Origin: an uncultured virus (IMG/VR IMGVR_UViG_3300037247_000623)
Taxonomy: Duplodnaviria; Heunggongvirae; Uroviricota; Caudoviricetes
Virus record (IMG/VR): IMGVR_UViG_3300037247_000623
Reading direction: 5' to 3' (one strand)
Length of the DNA: 64,000 nucleotides
Shown here: positions 9,955 through 17,394 of the stretch, one piece after another
Position numbering within the stretch: the stretch's first letter is position 1
Layout of the letters: each line of letters starts with the position of its first letter
Made by a program: the position numbers and the translations under genes
Notes under the pieces: generated by a model
Told to the model about the DNA's origin: nothing
The model's database searches: none
What the model saw: only the letters and a program-made list of their open reading frames with translations

Positions 9955-10252
9955 GGTCTATCTTCAGTTTAACGAACTGAAAATCTCCATTCTTTGTTAA
10001 CTTAGCTAAATGGAAGATACCCACTCTTGGTCTAATAAGGAGCGGCACAAAATATTCGCCATTCTTCTGTAAAAGTGTAGAGATTCCGAGAGCTGTAGCG
10101 GGATTATCGACTAGAACTTCCCTAAAAAGTTCGTCATTTTTAGTTAAAAGTTCCCTTGCAGCAACACAAGCAGGACACGCTGGTTTTGTGTAAAGAAAAC
10201 TAATTTGTTCTATAGGGAAGGTCTCCATAAGTCTAGCCCATCCTATCCCCAC
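9947..10252 (-). CDS. Glutaredoxin-like protein
   Basis: LYTKPACPACVAARELL (CxxC) and a cis-Pro-like FVPLL motif. Confidence 0.7.
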   Translation of the reverse strand: MGIGWARLMETFPIEQISFLYTKPACPACVAARELLTKNDELFREVLVDNPATALGISTLLQKNGEYFVPLLIRPRVGIFHLAKLTKNGDFQFVKLKIDHE

Positions 10253-10424
10253 CTAGATCATACATGCCACCCACCAAGACCTTACGCGATAGGAAGGGAA
10301 AAAGCCCGCCTGGAGCGGCTGCTGAAGTTATCGAAATTCGTTGGTGAAAGAGCGGCTGGCCTACCCAATAGAAGATGTGGTTGCCCGCGAAGGCAGCGAT
10401 ATTGTTCTGGTGGTAGATGGTCAT
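10233..10424 (-). CDS. Small hypothetical protein
   Basis: Start coupled to the upstream stop. Confidence 0.45.
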   Translation of the reverse strand: MTIYHQNNIAAFAGNHIFYWVGQPLFHQRISITSAAAPGGLFPFLSRKVLVGGMYDLGGDRMG

Positions 10425-11833
10425 TAGACGCCCGCACCCGTTACGATGGTTACAAAAGCGTCATCTGGCGCGCCCGGAGTCCCTCCAGTAGCAGAGAACC
10501 GGAAAGTAATAATTCCACCATTCATGTCAGCTTGGCTAGCATCGTACTGATAGATCCCGTTGCCCACCTCTGCCAACGTTCCTGTACCTGCACCGAACGC
10601 GCCACCGTCGATAGAGCGGTTCACAGATGTCGTGCTCGCCCCTGTCACAGGGGTAACGTGGTCGCTGGCAGCTACCCATAAGAACTCGATGTTGCTCAAC
10701 GCTACGTTCTGTACTGGCAGAATAGCATCTCTGATCTCCACAGCGACATCAGAGGCCAACTTAGCCGCAGTGATAGCATCGGTGGCAATCTGGGCAGCGG
10801 CAATCGTCCCAGAAGTGTTGTCGAGGTCAAGTCCAGCTTCTCCAGTGGCGTTGACATCCAACGTATTGGCCGGAGTGGTGGAACGGACAAGTTGGGCATT
10901 GCCGAATGTGCCGCTGTTGACGATTGCAAAGCTGTCTCCAGTTTGGGCCGTATGCCCTACAACCGAACCAACTGAACCGGACAAATCACCGTCGAACTTG
11001 TTACCAGAGACAACGGTAGTAAGAACCGCTGCGCCGGAGGTCGCGCCGCCTACCGCGCTGATCCCCGCGCCTGTCACCCCACCTGTCGATACCAAACCCG
11101 CGCCCGACGTATTTCCCGTCAATTTTACAGCAGGCTCAGTAGCCGTAGCCGAAGCGATAATGAGCCGCTCTAGCGTCAAGACAGCTGAGGTTCCACCCGA
11201 TGCACCATCCTCTAAGAGAGCAGTAAAGCCCACTTTGTCTGTGAGAGCGCGAGTTGCGGTGCCCCACACTTTGTCGGCAGCGGTTTGGGTAACATCCACC
11301 AACCCGGTTGTGACTGTAATGGACAAATCACCGAAGTTGGTTGGGGCAGATGCAGCCAACAAAGCTGAATCGGTGCCGACCATATCGGTATTAGTGGTTG
11401 TGGTGTCAACTAATTGAAAATCCGTGGCGGAAAGGTCAACTGCTGTGGCCTGGCTTTCCACATTGGCCCAGTCGATGCCTACCGCCCCTGTAGCAGTCAC
11501 ATCAATGCTATTGCCGCTAGAGGTTGGAAAGGCCAAGTCGTCCAGTTGGCGAGTGCTGGTATAAATAACCTGTGCAGCGGTCTTGGCATCAGCCGTAGAA
11601 GTTTTGCAAATCAGGGCTACAACATCAAAGTTCATTTCGCCCGTAGAGATAGGACAACTGTATAAACCCTCACCCTCATCCACTTCCGTACCTGCGACAT
11701 CGCCGAACGCTGCGCCATCGCCGGAAGATTCTACGTCGAGTGCTGTAGCGCCCGTTACGAGGTCTCCATCCGCGTCACGGATGAAGAAGTACCAAATGAA
11801 AGCGCCGCCTTTTTTTGGTGGAAAACCTGCCAT
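10424..11833 (-). CDS. Fibre/adaptor protein sharing segments with 5966..8539
   Basis: Shared AQLVRSTTPANTLDV and IDWANVE..AVDLSATD segments; related Ig-like domains at both ends (GxY...MN). Confidence 0.6.
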   Translation of the reverse strand: MAGFPPKKGGAFIWYFFIRDADGDLVTGATALDVESSGDGAAFGDVAGTEVDEGEGLYSCPISTGEMNFDVVALICKTSTADAKTAAQVIYTSTRQLDDLAFPTSSGNSIDVTATGAVGIDWANVESQATAVDLSATDFQLVDTTTTNTDMVGTDSALLAASAPTNFGDLSITVTTGLVDVTQTAADKVWGTATRALTDKVGFTALLEDGASGGTSAVLTLERLIIASATATEPAVKLTGNTSGAGLVSTGGVTGAGISAVGGATSGAAVLTTVVSGNKFDGDLSGSVGSVVGHTAQTGDSFAIVNSGTFGNAQLVRSTTPANTLDVNATGEAGLDLDNTSGTIAAAQIATDAITAAKLASDVAVEIRDAILPVQNVALSNIEFLWVAASDHVTPVTGASTTSVNRSIDGGAFGAGTGTLAEVGNGIYQYDASQADMNGGIITFRFSATGGTPGAPDDAFVTIVTGAGV

Positions 11834-11836
11834 TAT

Positions 11837-13036
11837 TTACCCTTGTTGATTCCCTAGAAAGTCCGGCATTGTGTAACTGTCTCGGATGTAGTAAGGCTGC
11901 CCGGCTGCAGCCGCCATTTCAATCCATTCTACATTCACCCACTGCGCGGTAATCCTGATTTCGTTGCTACCACCTATACTTCGACTGTAGCCCACGCGGA
12001 AAGAGTCGATATTCGCTTTGGTGCGGGAGCCGGCGTCAAAGACCAGATGTTCGTCGGTATCGCAAATCCGCCAGCCGTTGATGTCTGCTGATATACTCAT
12101 CTGGCTACTTTGGCTGTCTGCCTCATCCCAAAGCTCGAAGTCGATGACTCTTGTACCTGCTGTACCATCCGAGCCTTGCCGACCGTACACATCCACCAAG
12201 ATGATATCGGCGTCGGACGTTACCTCCGCGCCCAGATTGCTCAGGTCTAACTTGTCGGTTTGATTGGTGGTGGAGGAGTTATAGGTATCACCATCATCGG
12301 GTGCTCCAGGCAAATCGTCCACACCCTCCCACCGAGTCGCGGCAGGAGTGCCACCATCTATTGTCCAAGTGACGGTGTTATCGCCGCTCGGTTCTAGCAG
12401 GAAAACCTTGGCGGGGCCGGGCATAGTGTTCTGAAAGCTACCAGAGTCATCGTTGAACGCCACGTCATCGAAAAAGAAATCAGCGGTGCTCCCGGCACTA
12501 GGGCCCAAGAGGAAGCTTTTTATGCCCACATTGAGCGTGTCCACGCCTCCGTTAACTGTCAACGTCTCAAGGGCTGTCGTCGCATCTTCCAAAAAGATTT
12601 TCAGCTCAACCACGCCGACCGTGTCGCTCAGCAAGACTCGAAGTTGAAGCCGATACCAAGTATCAATGCTCAGAACGGTCGTACTGGTCGCGCTGCCACT
12701 ACTTACATCGTTCCATAATTGAAGCTTCCCGCTGGAAAGCTGGCGTACATGCTGTGTTACAGCAACACTACTGTTGAGAAGGCGGATTACGCGGTTGGTG
12801 TCGCTAGCCGGTATAGCACCCAAACGAAAGTAGGTACGGAGAAATGCAGACCCAGTAGTTATCTGGGTAGGTATATCCTTACGAACGTTGCCAGACGATG
12901 CAGTTGGATTGGTACGAAGCGCATAAGTTCCACTGTGAACAGGCGAGGTTACAAAACTAACCGCGCCATTGGCCTGGAACCACATCGTCTCAATGAAGTT
13001 GTTTTCCTCGAAGCCGCAGGTGAAGAGTCTAGCCAC
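11837..13036 (-). CDS. Lectin/concanavalin-A-like receptor-binding protein (probable)
   Basis: SPVHSGTYAL, DTWYRLQL and FFFDDVAFND beta-sandwich motifs. Confidence 0.55.
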   Translation of the reverse strand: MARLFTCGFEENNFIETMWFQANGAVSFVTSPVHSGTYALRTNPTASSGNVRKDIPTQITTGSAFLRTYFRLGAIPASDTNRVIRLLNSSVAVTQHVRQLSSGKLQLWNDVSSGSATSTTVLSIDTWYRLQLRVLLSDTVGVVELKIFLEDATTALETLTVNGGVDTLNVGIKSFLLGPSAGSTADFFFDDVAFNDDSGSFQNTMPGPAKVFLLEPSGDNTVTWTIDGGTPAATRWEGVDDLPGAPDDGDTYNSSTTNQTDKLDLSNLGAEVTSDADIILVDVYGRQGSDGTAGTRVIDFELWDEADSQSSQMSISADINGWRICDTDEHLVFDAGSRTKANIDSFRVGYSRSIGGSNEIRITAQWVNVEWIEMAAAAGQPYYIRDSYTMPDFLGNQQG

Positions 13037-13357
13037 TTATCCCTTCTCTGTCTTAATATGCGGGCGCGCGTAGGGCACGAAATCCCATTCCTTGCCACTC
13101 TCAATGTATTGAACCGCGTTCCTAATCGTTTCTTCCCACTCCCCAAGGCGTTGTTCCCTCAAGTGTGGAGGCGTTTGGGCCAACGAAGCCGTAAAATAGG
13201 CTTGCCAGCAGTTCTTGCATCCACTCGTAGTCGGTGGAATGGGCATGCCATTTGACCCAATAGGGGTATAGGCATGAATTCCACAGACGAGTGCGACCTT
13301 GTTCGGGTCGAGTACCTCTGCGGCGATTGCCGCCTTAGCTGCTTCACTATACGCCAT
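13037..13357 (-). CDS. Hypothetical metal-binding protein
   Basis: CGIH...CKNC. Confidence 0.5.
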   Translation of the reverse strand: MAYSEAAKAAIAAEVLDPNKVALVCGIHAYTPIGSNGMPIPPTTSGCKNCWQAYFTASLAQTPPHLREQRLGEWEETIRNAVQYIESGKEWDFVPYARPHIKTEKG

Positions 13358-13649
13358 TTATCTGTACAAGCTCATAAGAACACCCTTGGGGCAGTTTTAT
13401 TTCGCCGCCCGCTGCTATATACTCTTTCCAGTGGTTAAGACACTTGCTGTAGTAAGCAACTGAACCGTCCATCCGACACATTCTAATCGGCCTGTTGGGT
13501 TCGAGGGTTTCCCATATTGAGCAGGAAGTTGCGTCAGGTTGTCCCGGCGAACCGTGTATGTTGAGGTATTCGCACCACGCTTGTCCGTCTGCGGAAAAGC
13601 AGCAGGCACCACAGCAATTACAGCTGCCTTTTAAGAATTGAGCCTCCAC
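13347..13649 (-). CDS. YkgJ-like cysteine-cluster protein
   Basis: CNCCGACC...CEYL...CSIW..RP..C pattern. Confidence 0.55.
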   Translation of the reverse strand: MEAQFLKGSCNCCGACCFSADGQAWCEYLNIHGSPGQPDATSCSIWETLEPNRPIRMCRMDGSVAYYSKCLNHWKEYIAAGGEIKLPQGCSYELVQINGV

Positions 13650-13805
13650 TTAGTCCTACAAACCCGGAGGATCCGGGGAGGGCGGGCGACGGGAGGGCGT
13701 TGTCGCGTCGCAGAGGCTCAAAAGTCTTTGTTCCGACCTAAGAAGGCAGGGAGACATATTACTGTAACAAGCACAAAGATTGCTACGATAAGTGTTTCCA
13801 TGTCC

Positions 13806-14141
13806 TTAACTCAGCTGGAACCACATGAAAGTCCAGGTCAAGTCCGCGCCGTCGATTGTCCCGGCAGTCGGGTTGCCAATTCGCACTAAGAATGCATCTG
13901 CAGAGGCGACGCGGCAACCGTCATAGGTAAGCCCAGCTTCAAGGGAAGCAGGCGGAAAGCCAACCACGACATCGCCTACCTTAATTCCAGCTCGTGTTAC
14001 CGAAACATCTTCGTCGGTAACAGTAGTCAAGCTGGATGGATCAACGTTAGCCGTAAATACGTGGATTCCCTTAATGGTAGTCCGCAAGCTTGCGTCAAAG
14101 TCGTAGAAATCGAATTGGGGATCAGTGAATAGAAAGGCCAT
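13806..14141 (-). CDS. Putative virion protein
   Basis: Beta-rich (GIKVGDVVV, VRIGNPTAGTID). Confidence 0.5.
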   Translation of the reverse strand: MAFLFTDPQFDFYDFDASLRTTIKGIHVFTANVDPSSLTTVTDEDVSVTRAGIKVGDVVVGFPPASLEAGLTYDGCRVASADAFLVRIGNPTAGTIDGADLTWTFMWFQLS

Positions 14142-14152
14142 TTATGTACTCC

Positions 14153-14359
14153 TTATTTTTCTTTTAGTTTTAGTGGACTATTGCTGTTCGCTACAGAGAA
14201 CTTTTTGACAAAGCAGTCCCCGCAAGCAGTACAGACAACAACAATTCCGACGGCTCCCTCTCCCTCGACTCCGAATTCGGTTGCGACAAAATATCTGTGC
14301 GTTCCGGTGCAACTCTCATTAGGTGTAGCTGTTGAGTCTCGCAAACTTTCTTCTTTCAT
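14153..14359 (-). CDS. Small zinc-ribbon-like protein
   Basis: CTGTH...CTACG. Confidence 0.4.
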   Translation of the reverse strand: MKEESLRDSTATPNESCTGTHRYFVATEFGVEGEGAVGIVVVCTACGDCFVKKFSVANSNSPLKLKEK

Positions 14360-15833
14360 CGTCGCTTATTCCCTCCCTTGTACGTCTCCCCTTTGGCCGC
14401 ATAGCCGAAAGGTACTGGAAACTGTTCATAAGGTGATCATTCCGCTTCTTCGGCTTATCCTTTCCCAAGCCCTTCAATTCACCCTTCGCAAAAAAGTCCC
14501 ACGTGTAATGAGATATTTCGCTCTTGAAGTGCTCCAAATCCTGAAATACCCTCACCCAAGGATGCCGACTCCCAGGTGTAATCGTCGAATGCATATACTC
14601 TCGACTTGCGTTAAGCCCGAAATCCTCTCCAACCACCGCCAACCTCACTGGGATTCCCGCCTCTCGATAGAGTTGCATATTCGTCTTGTGGGTCTCTGCA
14701 TTCCTCTGCGAACCCCACTTCGGGTCTATCAACCAAATATCTACCGGCTCTCCAGCAGTAAAGATCTTGATGCTCTTTGCGTGCTCACTGATTACTTTGT
14801 CCCGTTCGTAATATTCCCGGTAGAGGTAGATATTTCCCTTATCGTCAACTGCCCCCCAAAGCGCTGCGGTAACTCCTGTAGAGGCAGGGTCAAGAGATAC
14901 GATTCTGGTCCAGTCTCGGGGAATCCGGAATGGCTTGACAAGGTGCTTAGCTGGGTCCCACATATTGTAGACAAGTCCCGAACGCTGAATAAACTCTCCA
15001 TAAAGCCTCGCTTTCTCCTCAAAGTGCCCCGACCACTTGATAAGTAACCTATCTTTCTCCTCCGCCGGGACATAGGGATTATCTAAAACCGACAACTGCA
15101 CAAACTCAACGTCGTCCTTCCCGGCCTTCATTTCCTCGTAGAGATCGAAAACCCACGGCGTCTTGACGCCTGAGCCCTTATCCGTCAACGGAGTGAGCGT
15201 CAGGAGCAGCTTTCCTGCACAATCTGCCGTGCGTTGGAAGCATTCATCGAAAATCTCTACCTCCGGCTCCTCGTCAATCCAAACAAGGTCAACCGAAGCC
15301 CCCTGAAACTTCTCTCTACCCGAGTCCGCCGACTTCCCAGTGATGACGCTTCCGTTCTTTAGGAAGAGTTGGAAGTCCCTATCTACCTGCCGGATGATCC
15401 ATCCAGGCTCGCTGGGGAGGAATCTAGGGTGATTTCTACCAAAAAGTAATTTTTCTCGCCAAATAACGTCACGTAGGACGCTAAAATCCAAGCCGACGAC
15501 CCAAATGTTATTGGGGGGCTCGGGGATCGGTAAGTCCTTGACATACTCCCAAGCAGGCTCATTCCGGAAATATTCTTTTCCAAGCGCCCACGCAGTTGCA
15601 ACAAATGCTCCAAACTCGGTTTTTCCACTCCGATTGCCCCCTAGTACCCCAAAAACCTTCTTATCCTTGGTAAATCTCTTGAAAAGTGGCTTCTGCTTCT
15701 CATACGGCTCCCAATACTTGACGTAATGCTCTTTGCGCCGTTTCTGGTCGAGCGCCTCCAGTAATACCAATGCCTCCTTATTGGACGGCAGTCGTGCCAG
15801 ATGTTCGAGCAACTGGTCCTTTTGCTTGCTCAT
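14319..15833 (-). CDS. terL: Terminase large subunit
   Basis: Walker A GGNRSGKT, FQGASVDLVWIDEEP Walker B, LTLTP coupling motif, nuclease SLDPA...NDHLMNSFQY. Confidence 0.93.
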   Translation of the reverse strand: MSKQKDQLLEHLARLPSNKEALVLLEALDQKRRKEHYVKYWEPYEKQKPLFKRFTKDKKVFGVLGGNRSGKTEFGAFVATAWALGKEYFRNEPAWEYVKDLPIPEPPNNIWVVGLDFSVLRDVIWREKLLFGRNHPRFLPSEPGWIIRQVDRDFQLFLKNGSVITGKSADSGREKFQGASVDLVWIDEEPEVEIFDECFQRTADCAGKLLLTLTPLTDKGSGVKTPWVFDLYEEMKAGKDDVEFVQLSVLDNPYVPAEEKDRLLIKWSGHFEEKARLYGEFIQRSGLVYNMWDPAKHLVKPFRIPRDWTRIVSLDPASTGVTAALWGAVDDKGNIYLYREYYERDKVISEHAKSIKIFTAGEPVDIWLIDPKWGSQRNAETHKTNMQLYREAGIPVRLAVVGEDFGLNASREYMHSTITPGSRHPWVRVFQDLEHFKSEISHYTWDFFAKGELKGLGKDKPKKRNDHLMNSFQYLSAMRPKGRRTREGISDDERRKFARLNSYT

Positions 15834-16245
15834 TTAGAAATTTCTTCGCCTCCTCGATGTCTTTGGCGCTCAATCCGGCGAAAATCGTCACCTGACTGTC
15901 CGCTCCGGTCCAGCCTTCCATCTGTGCAAGCTTCAAATTGGCTTGCGCCGCCTTGTCGTAGTCCCCAGATTCGATCAATTTCTGAATGAGGAACTCCTGC
16001 CGACCCAAAACGGCCTCTTTCGTCCGCATTGGGTCCCGCCCAATCTCTTGAAAGAATCTTTGCCGCTCCGTCCAAATCACACTTTGGAAGCTCTTCCGCC
16101 GCTGAATCTTCTCTGCGTCCGCCGAAGTGAGTGGAATCTCCAGCTCTAAGGCCGCCTGCCTCAGATTATGGCCCTTCTGTACCATCAGCCTTGCGGCTTC
16201 TTGGAACCAGGGCGCTTCGGGCTTAGGTCTTCCTTTCCGGGGCAT
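15778..16245 (-). CDS. Terminase small subunit (probable)
   Basis: N-terminal HTH-like region; directly upstream of and overlapping terL. Confidence 0.65.
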   Translation of the reverse strand: MPRKGRPKPEAPWFQEAARLMVQKGHNLRQAALELEIPLTSADAEKIQRRKSFQSVIWTERQRFFQEIGRDPMRTKEAVLGRQEFLIQKLIESGDYDKAAQANLKLAQMEGWTGADSQVTIFAGLSAKDIEEAKKFLNEQAKGPVARTSGTTAVQ

Positions 16246-16483
16246 TGGGTGTTTGGCCGTTCTTTTGTTCTACTAAAAGTGAAGTGAGCAACTTTGCCTG
16301 CTGCATAACTTGATCTGCTATAACCATTGTTGTGTTCATAACCGATTGGGAAAGGTGTAGTTCCCCGTCAACAAGGTTGCAAGGCTTTAATTGCGTAATT
16401 TGGGCCTCTAAAAGTATGTTCTGAGCCTTTGAGATAAGCTTAAAGCCTTCAAGTTCGATTTCTATTCTACGTTCTTTGGTCAT
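16223..16483 (-). CDS. Hypothetical protein, first gene of the late operon
   Basis: GGAGGAG RBS; directly downstream of the promoter motif at 16519-16555. Confidence 0.55.
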   Translation of the reverse strand: MTKERRIEIELEGFKLISKAQNILLEAQITQLKPCNLVDGELHLSQSVMNTTMVIADQVMQQAKLLTSLLVEQKNGQTPNAPERKT

Positions 16484-16518
16484 TTTTCTCCCTCCTCTGC
16501 TTTAGACACTCTTCCCCT

Positions 16519-16555
16519 CTACTATGTTAGACCCTGGAAAATCGAAAATTACGAC
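16519..16555 (-). promoter_or_regulatory. Phage ECF-type promoter copy 1 (late operon)
   Basis: GTCGTAAT-N13-GGGTCTAACATAGTAG on the minus strand. Confidence 0.8.
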
Positions 16556-16644
16556 AAAATCGTCGCAAAAGTTGCCCTAACCCCCATATTTCTCATATAT
16601 TTCCCCCCAAATCTCTCCCTCCCCTCTCACGTACACGCCTAGAG

Positions 16645-16868
16645 CTTTGTTTTCAACAAGTTACTAGAATTCCAAATTCCCCAAAGCTGGCTGAGTGGCC
16701 CCGTTTTATAGGTGATAGGGGGGTGGGGGGTGGCTGAAGCCTAAAGTATTGATCCTAAAGGCTTTACGTGCGCGTTACATTGATTTAGGCGTGAATTGGC
16801 ACGTCACGCGGCGTCCTTTGTTTTCAATGAGTTAGGATGGCCGATTGCGTAAGTCGTTGAAAACAAAA
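16645..16868. promoter_or_regulatory. Cluster of IHF-like sites TAAnnnnTTGAAAACAAA in the divergent control region
   Basis: Copies at 16645-16663, 16816-16834 and 16850-16868; also 35963-35982 and 42595-42613. Confidence 0.5.
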
Positions 16869-16871
16869 GAG

Positions 16872-16900
16872 TTGCACGCAGACGCGATGCATATATAAAT
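16872..16900 (+). promoter_or_regulatory. Possible host sigma70-type early promoter
   Basis: TTGCAC-N16-TATAAA upstream of the first plus-strand gene. Confidence 0.35.
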
Positions 16901-17014
16901 GAAACGCGTGAGGCGTGGCAGCTCGCAAGTGCTTTGGTTTCAGCGAGTTGTGAGGTCGAGACGCAAATTCGGCGAAAGTTTTTCGCAGTCGGATTTCGAG
17001 TACAGGAGAGTGCC

Positions 17015-17194
17015 ATGAAGGTCAAGATTGAGAACAAGAACCTGGTTATCACAATTCCCTTGCAGACACCATCGGAGAGTAAGTCGGGAAAGACTCTCCT
17101 GGTAGCCACGACTCACGGAGCTGTGGCAACTGCGGTCACGGTGAACGACAAGCCCGTGATCGTGAGTCTGAACGCCTACATCCGACCGGAGTAG
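17015..17194 (+). CDS. Small early protein (SKSGKTLLVATTHG motif)
   Basis: AGGAG RBS, ATG 17015; motif recurs in small phage proteins. Confidence 0.65.
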   Translation: MKVKIENKNLVITIPLQTPSESKSGKTLLVATTHGAVATAVTVNDKPVIVSLNAYIRPE

Positions 17195-17394
17195 GCAACT
17201 GGCGGTGGACGGGGGTTACTCCCCCGTTCGCTCGTCGCTTGATACTCGCCTCTTACGGGGGGCGATGGTGAGGCGATGGACGATGCGCTCACTGGCGGCC
17301 CAAACGTAAGATCAGGCCAGATGGAACGTGCTGCCAAAGAGCTTGCAAGTCAGGCGATAGTCCGTCGCCTCTGAGACTTAGTTGAGAGGTGGAC

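Noticed and set aside
10560..11417. Long plus-strand ORF (also 14181..15047, 57572..58114, 60169..60696)
   Set aside because: Antisense shadows of well-supported minus-strand genes, with no RBS or recognisable motifs
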